This document shows positions 42,201 through 50,433 of a stretch of DNA of 64,000 bases, one piece after another; the first letter of the stretch is position 1; every line of letters begins with the position of its first letter. The DNA lies in the sequence record SRR20825006_1326; one strand, written 5' to 3'. A model generated the notes under the pieces. That model did not search any database. It was not told the DNA's origin and worked only from the letters and a program-made list of their open reading frames with translations. The position numbers were made by a program, and so were the translations under genes.

Positions 42201-42672
42201 CAAAGTCTACTTCTTCTTGAACATCAAAAGCGAATTGCACATCAGCAACGGGCGTCTGCGTTGCTTCGCCTGCATCATCAATCGAAAACTTTGATCGCAA
42301 GATCGTGTGTCGATCCAAGATCGCGTTGAGCGCCTGTTTCAGCCGCGTGGCGTCCAACTGCCCATTAAAGCGATAGGCGGCGCGCATCACATATGTATCT
42401 TGCAGATCAAACGCTGTTTCTTGATAAAAAACACGTCGCTGCGTTTGGGATAAAGGCGCGGCAGAAGTCGGGTCTCCAACCTGCGGGCCGTCATTTCTCT
42501 GTGCGGGCGCTCGTTCTTCAAAAAAAGCAATCAAGTCCGATTTGCGACCCATAATGGCTTGGCGCAAATCATCGCTTGGCGGCTGAGTGCGCGCGCGAAA
42601 CTTGAGCTTCCCAGCTTCCACATAAAGCTGAATGCCTTCTGCCTTGGCTTGCCGCAAAAGCTCAAGAACCAT
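36295..42672 (-). CDS. Bimodular NRPS: docking domain-C-A(aliphatic)-T-C-A(Gly?)-T
   Basis: TubC_N-like N-terminus; HHLVFDG and HHIAFDG; codes read as DAFFIGIGYK (Ile/Leu/Val-like) and DITQLGVVWK (Gly-like); T motifs GGYSL and GGHSM. Confidence 0.95.
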   Translation of the reverse strand: MVLELLRQAKAEGIQLYVEAGKLKFRARTQPPSDDLRQAIMGRKSDLIAFFEERAPAQRNDGPQVGDPTSAAPLSQTQRRVFYQETAFDLQDTYVMRAAYRFNGQLDATRLKQALNAILDRHTILRSKFSIDDAGEATQTPVADVQFAFDVQEEVDFDSWIAKQMAVPLDISKGMVCYAALLQQQDTSYLFFAFHHLVFDGWSFDCFYKELATLYNADEGQKLPDIPFQYGDFARWQGDKDWSEKSRMFWREQLDGASILNTIKPDHARPSQASFSGRLLSMPVDRVALEGLRDLARACECSLYSVMLATFYVVVARYSQTEDCVIGTPVAGRQGAKLDNLIGFFANMVPLRVQADHQLSFRELVNRVHKSNLAAQAHQDLHFEQIIEQLGFAGEASFTPLTQLIFSLAEEAEACPTLDRKKGEKIELDAHHLGFEIELHLTGTSEGGLVANWLYAEKLFEQETIEAIAQTYAYALDRLTSEPDQKLAKVALVAPEVQENWDALNSVTAPYPLELGFADLFEMQVEKTPEAKACTWLSKDGAVQQLSYADLNARANGLVAQLIADGAQVGSRLGIFVGDEADNLITLIAVQKIGGAYVVLDSNNPSSRNEQVIQDTECTHLIGTARQCAEFAQLICVEPDGRIEAKNPNRTGDGWHSELPAMFVFTSGSTGKPKGAALPASSLTNLIFASQERFGFASGKCFGVASTLTFDAHLFEIYVALAFGGSIALFEPTRFRDGKLLNQDQERLAVDYLFATPTTWQFLLDDGWRPRAQQTIISGGEALSDQLKSKLFAANRDLNLINIYGPCECTGYVLAVPLSDGDEVHVGQPLPNTGAHVLDAYGNPSPAHCEGELVLSGAQVGLHYLNNELLTAERFGQLNVDGQTVRTYATGDVAKRCADGTIKIVGRRDFQVKINGVRIELEEVETALMQHEAVSQAAVVANSLPDGSKQLLAYIQTSLESGQASGVLANFLAEHLPPSFMPAHYIVLNDMPLTSSGKINRKALPAANIMREVQQGTAPRNQAEQDLCALWCKLLERDVVDVRASFFALGGYSLLAIKMLNHVNQHFGSQLALRDVIKNLTIEAIASALDAKQTNVGAVSTNIERQDLSQPLPLSFSQERMWAIDQIDAHGRFYTIPLAFDIDGEIDVDRLAVFFDQFVEQNPILRTAYLQKADRAYQQVMPFKAGVLSVSDLRKSQDMSSQLADLEDQILNAPFDLSSGQIFRAALAVLSDHKSRLFIAVHHIAFDGTSVGLFIDQLQAFFNGRQPEAVASLNFADVAVWQHEHYDGGQDLAYWLDRLEDAPPLHQLPLDAPRPAQPSHKGQTISAALNEEVSSKLDALAAQLGVTEFAALFNAFAAYLCHVQGQADIVIGTAVANRERDAFEGIIGNFVNSVALRVQPDFSTSFTDFSRTAHFQFQEDMAHQTLPFEKLVDRLQPERSFAHSPIFQIMMVQDNSESDAISLGCAQMRMIDPVETEAKFDLSVGVRRGDVISFNINFATDIFNAERIQKLADGFIDFLEKAVAEPEASLGQLLPLVKLDPALVGPKADINATSFIERFAHWVQMDGDATAIRFEGQSISYAELNASADQLAEKLASHEVGSDSLVGIHVARGPRMIEAILAVHKLGAAYLPLDPSYPAARLTQIVASARPHLIVTEEINSGLSADQFSLRDQQFYSASSAQSPVQIATDAAYVIYTSGSTGVPKGVEIGHRSLCNYLDAVATQIEMTRDDRILQVTSLSFDIAVTEILAPLSLGARVVLTAPGQELDAVSIAELVEAEGVSFVQMVPSMLSLLVDQNRQLAGVRHVLCGGEASSTALFHAAKSTFPNAKLTNVYGPTEATVWASAYEFGGKQTDGTVSIGTPLQNISFYVLDQNQRAVAAGNKGELYIGGDALAYGYLHADELTQKAFVQISGSAQRLYKTGDLVQQQQDGTLAFVGRTDSQVKVRGYRVELGEIESRLNGLGVQNAVCQMRDNRLIAFVSNGEPSALSSELSQVLPDYMVPSLIIQLEQFPLTPNGKIDRRALAELGIGMVPAPSDELPQGEVEATLAEIWTEILGLENIGRHANFFTIGGHSMLAIRVITILREMLEEHVDVKVIFERPTIASLAEYIEEFYLQDQLDGTTQ

Positions 42673-45600
42673 CAGAACTCACCATCAAATTGATAGTCAG
42701 CTTCTGGTTCGGCGAGGCTGCCCTTAATCAGATCAATATATTCCGCCAAATCCTGCACAGTTGCATGATCGAAAAAGTCATTTACTTTAAGTTCGACATT
42801 AAACTGATCGCGAATGCGTCCAATCAACCGAATGGCCAAAAGCGAATGTCCGCCAACAGTGAAGAAATTATCAGCAATGCTGAGTTTTTCGACATTGAGC
42901 GCTGCACACCAAAGCGCATGCAAATCTGTTTCAGTTTGCGTTTCTGGCGCAACATATTGTGCGGTCTGGCTAATTGTTTCTGGCAGCGCTTTAACATCCA
43001 CCTTGCCCTGTGGTGTCAGTGGCAGGCGATCCAACACCATGATCGTATTGGGCACCATATATTTCGGCAACACCTTGGCAAGTTGCGCTTTCAAATGACG
43101 TGTTAGCTTGTCTTCATCGACATTGCTTGTCACCGTCACATAAGCGCAAAGTGCGCTGTTTTTCACCGCAACTGCAGCCTGTGCCACATCAGAATGGCTT
43201 TGCAAACTGCTCACAATTTCTGCAGGCGCAATCCGGTAGCCGCGCAGTTGAATTTCGTCATCAATACGACCCAAAAATTCCAACTGCCCATCATGACGCC
43301 AACGTACTTTGTCGCCAGTCCGATAAAATCTTTCATTCGGCCAATCCGCAAGTTGCACAAAGGATTTGGCGGTTTCTTCCGGCAAATTGAGGTAACCTTT
43401 GGCAATGCCAGTACCACCGATCACCAACTCTCCCGGCGCGCCAACTGGGCAAAGCCGTTCGCCATCCATGACTAAGGCGCTTGTGTAAGCCGCTGGTCGA
43501 CCAATCGGCGGTGCCTCAGGCTCATTGCGCGGCACTTCATAAAACGTGGCATCAATGGTGGTTTCTGTCGGGCCATAAAGATTGAGCAGTTTCGCACTAA
43601 ATCCGTCAGGCAAACGAACCGCTGAAAGGCGGTCACCACCCGCGGCCAAAACTTTCAAACTATCCGGCCAAGTTACATCGCTGTTGAATGCTTCTTCCAG
43701 CAGGCCAGTCGGCAAACAGGCCACGCTGACCTGTTGCTCCCGCAGCAACTGCATCAAACCGCCCAAATCATCACGTTCCTGATCCGCAATCAGCGAAACG
43801 CTGCCGCCTGCGAGCAGCAGAGGCCAGATTTCGCCGTGATATGCATCGAAACCCGTGTGAGAAAGGCTAACACCGCGCGATTGCGCATCAAGCTCCATAA
43901 TCGACATCAGATGAGCGCATTCGTCCGACAAGCTATTCGCGTATATCTCCACACCCTTAGGCTGTCCGGTAGAGCCTGACGTGTAATTCACATAAGCCAA
44001 ATGCCCATCTTGCAACGGACGCTCGCAAAAGCTTGTGTCTGAAGCGCTTGCCTCATTGATCTCCACACACTCGAAAGATTGTGCTTGCGGCGGCAACGCC
44101 TCGTCCCAAAGCACAATGCTTGGTGCACTGTCGCGCAACATATGCTCAATGCGGGCATCGGGCAGGGAAGGATCAAGGCAAACGATGGTGCCCTGAAGTT
44201 TCTGCACCGCAACCATCGCCACAATTTGCGCCATGCCCCGCGCCGCATAAATCGCCACGCGATCATTCGGCTGCACCTTGTGTTCGAGTGTTGCCGCGAG
44301 AGCATCAGAACGCTCATCCAATTGGCGATAGCTCATCACCTCATGGCCAGCCCGCAAAGCAATATGGTCGCCCTGAGTTTTAAGCTGCGCGTTGAGCGCT
44401 TCGACAAAGCTCTTGCCATCAAGTTGCGCACGAACATGCGCCGGTACGTCATAGCCACGTCCCCAATCAAACAACAGAACATCTCTTTGTTCTGTCGTCA
44501 GGCTCGGCACGTCAGCAATGGACATATCCCGCGTTTCACACAGGGCCAAAAACACCTGTTTAAAGCTCTCAACAAAATGGCGAATTTCATCAGCATGATA
44601 AATATCACTGCGATATTCCCAGAGAAACGAGACCATATCATTGTCAGTGAAATGTCTGTCGCGGTTCACCACCAAACAGTCCAAATCAAACTTGGTGGTT
44701 TTGGAAATCACCGTTTCATCTTTGCGCCAGCGCAGCCCGTCAATGTCATCCACATCAATCGGCGCATCATGGAAGCCAAGCAAAACATTGAATAAGGGAT
44801 TCTGCCCGCCAAACCGATCTGGGTTGAGCACCTCGACCACAGCACCAAAAGGCATTTCCTGGTTGGCATAGGCGGCATCAATTGTCTTTTGCGTGTGCTG
44901 AATAAATGAAAGTGCGTCTTGATCAGGATCGATTTTGGCACGAAGCACCAGCGTGTTCACCAACATGCCGAGGATTGATTGGCTGTTCAGCCAATTTCGG
45001 TTGGCAAATGGCGCACCGAAAACAATGTCTTGCTCGCCAGAATATTGCCAAAGCATCAAGTTGAGCACCGCTGAGGTGAAGCCAAAAGGCGTTACACCAA
45101 TTTCGCGGCACATGTCCTCACATCTGGCCCACTCAGCACGGGTGAAATCGATACGCTCATAACCGCCTTCAAAGCCCAATCGCGTAGATTTCTTACCAAA
45201 TATCGGCACCGCACGTGGCGCATCTGCAAGTTGCTCAACCCAATAGTTTTTTTGCCGCTCCGCATCTGGTGAGGCGAGCCATTCGGTTTGTGTGAGCAAA
45301 AAGTCCGAATATTGCGGCACTTCTGCTGGTGCAAATTCGTAATCGGGCGAAGCAAAATGATGATACCAGCCCATTAATTCTGCCGTAAATTCTGAGCCGC
45401 CCCATCCATCATGCACAATATGATGTTCCTGATGCAGCAGAACATAGTGCTGGTCAGAGAATTTGATCAATGCAAACCGTGCCAGTGGCAGTTTGCTCAA
45501 ATCAAAAATGCCCGGCAGCACTTCTGCAAATGTCTGCTTGATAAAATCCTCGCGCGCATCTGCCGCGACATGCGTGGCATCAATGCTTGGATATTCAACC

Positions 45601-47552
45601 TGGTGATGCGGCAAAATCTGCTGAACGGGTTCACCCTGATCTTCGAAAAAGACAGTACGATAAATCTCATGCCGATCAAAAATCTTCTGCGCCGCGTTCA
45701 GCATCGCTTCAGGATTAAACGCGCCGTCAAAATGATGCACCGCTTCGGCAAGATAGGCTTTGCTGGTTGGGTCTTGGTTGAACATATACCAAGCCGCATT
45801 TTGCTGCTGCGACAGCGGCAACACATCTGTGTTACGTTGGTTCAGCTCAATCTGCACAATATCGGTCGCATCGCGCTCCAGCAGATCAATCAACGCGGCA
45901 AGTGTCGGTGCCTTCCGAAAGTCGCCAACTGCAACTTTGCGGCCAGTCATCTTGGATAGTTTGGCCAAAAGCCGCATCGCACCAACTGAATCGCCACCAA
46001 GCTGGAAAAAATCTTGATCCAACTCGACATGCTCTCGTCCAACTTCATGCAAAAAAGCCGCACGCGCCACACTTTCCAAATCATCGACAGAATACGCGAT
46101 TTCAGCATCAGCCGCCGCGAGGGCCGCCAAAGCCTTGCGATCAACTTTGTGATTCAATGTGTAAGGCAAGCGATTCAAAAATTTGAAATATTTAGGGAAA
46201 TGAGAGTCCGGAAGTCGCTTTGACAGTACATCTTTCAACTGCGGCAATAATCCACTCTCGGCAGAACCAGCCACCACGAACGCCACAAGATGACGGTCAC
46301 TGCTATTGTCTCCAACAGCAATCACCGCCGCTTCGCGAACTTCTTTATGCTCCAACAACACAGTTTCAATGGCACTGGTCTCAACGCGCGCACCGCGAAT
46401 TTTCACTTGGAAGTCTGTCCGACCAACAAACTTGAAGCTGCCGTCTGAGACTGCTTGAACCTCATCACCCGTAAAATACCGAACGAGGCCATCGTGGCCT
46501 TTAACAAAGCGCTCAGCGGTTTGCTCAGGCGCGCCCATATAGCCTTTCGCAAGGCCAAAGCCACTGATCACCAATTCAAGGCTTTCCGGGTCTTGAGATA
46601 ATTGGACATGCTTAAGTGGTGCGCCCAAACTGATTGGCATGTTCGGTTCAATTTTGCACAGACTGGTGCAAACTGAAGCTTCTGTTGGTCCATAACCATT
46701 GAAAGTTGGGCAAATCGCCGCCCAATCCCACAGCAGCTGATCATCAAGCTTGTCGCCAACGCAAATTAACGCGTCCAGCGCATAATCCTGCCGTTGTGGC
46801 AAATAGGGCGCCAAGGCAGCGGGCAATGTCAAATGCGTAATTTTTTCCGCAACGAGAAACGATGCCAATTCCTCTGGTGCCAACCGAGCAGCTTCCGGCA
46901 CAATCGCCAATTCGGCACCATGCAAATAGGCCTGCAAAAATTCCAGCACCGCCGAATCGAAAGAAAGGCCCGTGAATTGCGCAATGATTGAATTGGCATC
47001 CATCCCGGTGCGCGCACCGAAATCTTTTGCCGCCATCAACATGGCATCCAGCGTCAACATCACGCCCTTGGGTTTGCCTGTGGTGCCAGACGTAAACAGC
47101 ACGAATCCCACTTCGCCAGCCTCCAGCGGGGCAGGTGTCGTCTCTTTTTCCACTTTGACTGCCTCTAGACTTTCAAGCGTCTGGAATTGTGTGTCCGCCC
47201 AGCCTTCAGGCTGATCGGTAATCACCAAACCACATTGCGCAGTTTCAACCAGATTTCGTTTATATTCTTCACCATGTGCTGGATCGATTGGCACCACAAC
47301 ACAGCCCGCTTTAAGGCAGGCCAACATGGCAACAAATACATTCGGCCCGCGGTGTAGCGAAATGCCGATGGTGGGGCGTCCAAATTCTTGTGAGATGGGA
47401 AGGTTTAGGCTGCCAATTGCCGCTGCCAGCGCGGCAGCTCTTTGTTCTAAGCTGCCATAATCCATTTTCTGCCCTTCATAAGAAAGGGCGGTCCGGTTCA
47501 AATCCAAATGGTTGGCCGGGGTGGTGCGAAATGGATTTACAAAATCTGGCAT
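42672..47552 (-). CDS. Initiating NRPS A-T-C(urea)-A-T
   Basis: Begins directly with an A domain (code read as DSLTIVGVCK, aromatic-like). T GGDSV. C motif EHHIVHDG. Second A code DAGCAGLIDK. T GGHSL. ATG 47552 preferred over TTG 47567. Confidence 0.95.
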   Translation of the reverse strand: MPDFVNPFRTTPANHLDLNRTALSYEGQKMDYGSLEQRAAALAAAIGSLNLPISQEFGRPTIGISLHRGPNVFVAMLACLKAGCVVVPIDPAHGEEYKRNLVETAQCGLVITDQPEGWADTQFQTLESLEAVKVEKETTPAPLEAGEVGFVLFTSGTTGKPKGVMLTLDAMLMAAKDFGARTGMDANSIIAQFTGLSFDSAVLEFLQAYLHGAELAIVPEAARLAPEELASFLVAEKITHLTLPAALAPYLPQRQDYALDALICVGDKLDDQLLWDWAAICPTFNGYGPTEASVCTSLCKIEPNMPISLGAPLKHVQLSQDPESLELVISGFGLAKGYMGAPEQTAERFVKGHDGLVRYFTGDEVQAVSDGSFKFVGRTDFQVKIRGARVETSAIETVLLEHKEVREAAVIAVGDNSSDRHLVAFVVAGSAESGLLPQLKDVLSKRLPDSHFPKYFKFLNRLPYTLNHKVDRKALAALAAADAEIAYSVDDLESVARAAFLHEVGREHVELDQDFFQLGGDSVGAMRLLAKLSKMTGRKVAVGDFRKAPTLAALIDLLERDATDIVQIELNQRNTDVLPLSQQQNAAWYMFNQDPTSKAYLAEAVHHFDGAFNPEAMLNAAQKIFDRHEIYRTVFFEDQGEPVQQILPHHQVEYPSIDATHVAADAREDFIKQTFAEVLPGIFDLSKLPLARFALIKFSDQHYVLLHQEHHIVHDGWGGSEFTAELMGWYHHFASPDYEFAPAEVPQYSDFLLTQTEWLASPDAERQKNYWVEQLADAPRAVPIFGKKSTRLGFEGGYERIDFTRAEWARCEDMCREIGVTPFGFTSAVLNLMLWQYSGEQDIVFGAPFANRNWLNSQSILGMLVNTLVLRAKIDPDQDALSFIQHTQKTIDAAYANQEMPFGAVVEVLNPDRFGGQNPLFNVLLGFHDAPIDVDDIDGLRWRKDETVISKTTKFDLDCLVVNRDRHFTDNDMVSFLWEYRSDIYHADEIRHFVESFKQVFLALCETRDMSIADVPSLTTEQRDVLLFDWGRGYDVPAHVRAQLDGKSFVEALNAQLKTQGDHIALRAGHEVMSYRQLDERSDALAATLEHKVQPNDRVAIYAARGMAQIVAMVAVQKLQGTIVCLDPSLPDARIEHMLRDSAPSIVLWDEALPPQAQSFECVEINEASASDTSFCERPLQDGHLAYVNYTSGSTGQPKGVEIYANSLSDECAHLMSIMELDAQSRGVSLSHTGFDAYHGEIWPLLLAGGSVSLIADQERDDLGGLMQLLREQQVSVACLPTGLLEEAFNSDVTWPDSLKVLAAGGDRLSAVRLPDGFSAKLLNLYGPTETTIDATFYEVPRNEPEAPPIGRPAAYTSALVMDGERLCPVGAPGELVIGGTGIAKGYLNLPEETAKSFVQLADWPNERFYRTGDKVRWRHDGQLEFLGRIDDEIQLRGYRIAPAEIVSSLQSHSDVAQAAVAVKNSALCAYVTVTSNVDEDKLTRHLKAQLAKVLPKYMVPNTIMVLDRLPLTPQGKVDVKALPETISQTAQYVAPETQTETDLHALWCAALNVEKLSIADNFFTVGGHSLLAIRLIGRIRDQFNVELKVNDFFDHATVQDLAEYIDLIKGSLAEPEADYQFDGEF

Positions 47553-48009
47553 CTTTAAAGATCTCAAATGCTAAGAATAAAGCGCCAATTGCTTGGCGGT
47601 CCGGTCCGGGCAATCAAATAAGCGAATAATGTCGCTTTTATGCTGCTGCTGATGCCCACGGATAAAATGATCGAACCTCGCACCGTACGCCTAAAACTTT
47701 AGTCGCGAAAGCTAAAGCGAGGGAGATGAAGTGCGAGATCCGATCGAATAGGGTGCAATGCGAAAAGGCTATAAACGCACCAACTTGGTTGCGCCGAAGT
47801 GCATGGACACACAAATGATCATCGGCGTTTTTAAGTTTGTTCTTAAAATGTTTTTTTCGCCCATAATGCTAGTCCCTCCCAGAGCATAATTGGCAACCAA
47901 GTCATATGTTTTGGTCTCACATATGGCACCTGATATTATCGTTTTTGGTCACCGCCATTTTATGGTTCGGCAACTCGAATAAGCTAATTCCGATTTTTGC
48001 ATCAATCCA

Positions 48010-48044
48010 ATGCTGAATCTGCATACCCTATGCATCTCTTGCAA
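48010..48044. promoter_or_regulatory. Two tandem LysR-type T-N11-A dyad boxes in the divergent NRPS/MFS promoter region
   Basis: ATGC-TGAATCT-GCAT at 48010-48024 and ATGC-ATCTCTT-GCAA at 48030-48044, offset by 20 bp. Confidence 0.5.
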
Positions 48045-48179
48045 TGGATATCCGATCCATATGACGTTACGCTGTCAAACTTGTGGCGTAAAAGAACGTA
48101 TCAGTACGCAGGGTCAAAAGCCCACATCGCCAATAAAGATAAGAACGATCCAATAATGGACGTTTGGGGGGAGAAGAGC

Positions 48180-49424
48180 GTGGCCAATGAAAAGAAAGCA
48201 TGGGGCTTTGTCGCAACTTTGCGCAGCTTGCCGCCTCACGCACAATTCTTCATTGTCGCGATCACTTTGACCCGATTGACCAGTTTTATGGTCTTTCCGT
48301 TTTTAGCTGTCATTTTGAGTGAGCGCTTGGGCGCAACCGTTTTTCAAATCGGCTTTCTGTTTACCTTGGGCGCATTTGTCGGTCTGGCGGCATCGCCTAT
48401 TGCTGGGTTCATTGCCGATGGGATGCGGAAAAAGAATCTGATGCATGGCGCCAACCTGCTGACCATCATTTGCTTTCTGATTTTAGCGTTCTTGCCCAAT
48501 CTACAGGCTTATTTTATCGCGATCACCTTGTTCTCGGCTGCTGGAGGGGTGCTAGAGCCGCTTTTGCGCTCATCTTTGGGCGAATTGGCAGAAAATGAAG
48601 AACAGCGCCCAGCGCTCTTTCATGTGCGATATTACATTGTGAACATTGCGGGCGCGGTCGGGCCATTCATTGGCCTCTGGTTTATTCAAAGCGGAAACAA
48701 CTCAATTTTCCTCATCGCAGCGGCAAGCTATGTGCTCTTGGGCTATGCCATTCAGTTCAAATTGCCTGAAATTGAGGACGCGCCGACCGCCAAAGAACGT
48801 GGCTCAAGCCTGTCCGTCTTAAAAGAAGCATTCAAACATCGTCTATTTGTCGCCTTGTTCATCTCCAACTTGCTGTTGGTCTTTATCTATGCACAAACTG
48901 ACGAGCCGTTGACTTTGCACATGATCAATCTGGGCGTGCCCGACCTGGCCGCGATCATCGCCATGCTCACTGTCACCAACACAGTCGTCGTGTTGGTTAT
49001 CCATGGCCTGTTTATGAAGCAGATTATGGAAATGGGAGAGCGGACAGCCTTTCTGATCGCCATTGCTTGTTTGGGCCTGTCGCTATTGATGATTGCCATC
49101 AACCAACAGCAATTTGTCTGGCTTTGGGTTTTGGCCATCGGGGTTTCAACACTCGGCGAAATCATTGCTTTGCCCATGTTTCTCACCATTGTAGATCGTG
49201 TCGCGCCAAAAGATCAGCGAAACTCCTTTTTCGGCATCTACATGCTGTCCAATCTCGGGGGCGCCGTTGCGCCATTGTTGGCCGCACAATTGATCATCAC
49301 ATTGGGCGGCCCAGTTTTGTTTTATGCCGCAACAGCCTTGTGCCTGCCATTGGCATGGATCGGCTATATCGCTTTGAAAGAAAAACAACCAATTGCGGAG
49401 GAGGGGGAGATTGAATCCGTATGA
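48180..49424 (+). CDS. MFS transporter (MdtH-like), probable product exporter
   Basis: About 12 TM segments; motif GFIADGMRKK; GGGGGAG RBS before GTG 48180; 3' end overlaps the next gene. Confidence 0.88.
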   Translation: MANEKKAWGFVATLRSLPPHAQFFIVAITLTRLTSFMVFPFLAVILSERLGATVFQIGFLFTLGAFVGLAASPIAGFIADGMRKKNLMHGANLLTIICFLILAFLPNLQAYFIAITLFSAAGGVLEPLLRSSLGELAENEEQRPALFHVRYYIVNIAGAVGPFIGLWFIQSGNNSIFLIAAASYVLLGYAIQFKLPEIEDAPTAKERGSSLSVLKEAFKHRLFVALFISNLLLVFIYAQTDEPLTLHMINLGVPDLAAIIAMLTVTNTVVVLVIHGLFMKQIMEMGERTAFLIAIACLGLSLLMIAINQQQFVWLWVLAIGVSTLGEIIALPMFLTIVDRVAPKDQRNSFFGIYMLSNLGGAVAPLLAAQLIITLGGPVLFYAATALCLPLAWIGYIALKEKQPIAEEGEIESV

Positions 49425-50433
49425 AAAATTGGATGATCGCGCATTTTGGAAACTCGGCGTTGCCGAACCCAAACTGGGCGAACTAACCCAAGTCTGGCTT
49501 CCCAAATTTAATATAGAAAAGCAACATGCCGTTGCCACCGCCGGCTCATGCTTTGCGCAAAATATTGGGCGTGCCCTGCGTAGCCGTGGCATGAATTGGT
49601 TGGTCACCGAGAAACCACCGCAAGCTTTGCCACGCTCACTACACACAGCGCATAATTATGGACTTTTCACCTTTCGCACTGGCAACATCTACACGCCCGC
49701 TTTATTGGCGCAATGGGTGCGCTGGGCATTAGATAGATCCAGCATGGACCAAGAAGTGTGGGAAACAGACGGTCGATTTTTCGACCCGTTCCGCCCATCA
49801 GTTCGGCCTAATGGTTTTGACAGCGTCGAAGATGTACTGGCCTCGCGCCACGTCACGGCCGATGCAGTCAAAACGGCAATCGAACAAGCGGATATTTTTC
49901 TGTTCACCCCGGGCCTTACCGAAGCTTGGGTCAACACAAAGTCAAAATCCATTTATCCAGCTTGTCCGGGCACAGTGCAGGGCACCTTCAACCCTGATGA
50001 GCATCAGTGCATCAATTTCGGTTTTGAGTCGGGCAAAAAAGCGTTGGCGAGTGCGTTCGACGCCATGCAAAACCACAATCCAAACATCAAAATGCTGCTT
50101 ACCGTTTCGCCTGTGCCGATCACAGCAACGGTAACTGGCCATCATGCGCTCACCGCCAGCACCTACACGAAATCGGTGCTGCGTGCCCTTGCTGGCGAAT
50201 TTGCCAATGCCAATGAGCATGTGGACTATTTCCCGTCCTATGATTTGGTGTCGCCAGCCATGTTGGACCAGTCCTATTTCAACGAAAACAAGCGAACGGT
50301 TTCCCCCAGTGGCGTCGATTATGTGATGAAGCATTTCTTTGAGGGCTTGGGGCAAGAGAAACAGTCCAGCCCGGTTCCAATGGGCGATATTGTCTGTGAA
50401 GATGAGATTTTAGAATATTATGGCAAAGCATGA
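49411..50433 (+). CDS. GSCFA-domain protein (SGNH-like fold)
   Basis: Literal TAGSCFAQ motif, plus GNIYTP, TPGLTEAW, LTVSPVP, YFPSYD. GGAG RBS before TTG 49411. Confidence 0.9.
   Translation: MNPYEKLDDRAFWKLGVAEPKLGELTQVWLPKFNIEKQHAVATAGSCFAQNIGRALRSRGMNWLVTEKPPQALPRSLHTAHNYGLFTFRTGNIYTPALLAQWVRWALDRSSMDQEVWETDGRFFDPFRPSVRPNGFDSVEDVLASRHVTADAVKTAIEQADIFLFTPGLTEAWVNTKSKSIYPACPGTVQGTFNPDEHQCINFGFESGKKALASAFDAMQNHNPNIKMLLTVSPVPITATVTGHHALTASTYTKSVLRALAGEFANANEHVDYFPSYDLVSPAMLDQSYFNENKRTVSPSGVDYVMKHFFEGLGQEKQSSPVPMGDIVCEDEILEYYGKA

Noticed and set aside
13061-47214. Numerous 60-284 aa alternative-frame and antisense ORFs inside the NRPS genes (for example 32075..32929, 35887..36600, 44079..44795)
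   Set aside because: They are overlapped by motif-rich megasynthase frames and look like codon-bias shadows.
12926-47552. Syringolin/glidobactin-type cluster (ureido NRPS plus NRPS-PKS)
   Set aside because: The hybrid lacks AT and DH domains, its A domains read as Ile/Val and Pro, and there is no SylB-like desaturase.
47640-47730. c-di-GMP or other known riboswitch suggested by the GCGAAAG-containing hairpin
   Set aside because: The conserved flanking motifs and second stem are not recognisable. Kept only as an unassigned hairpin.
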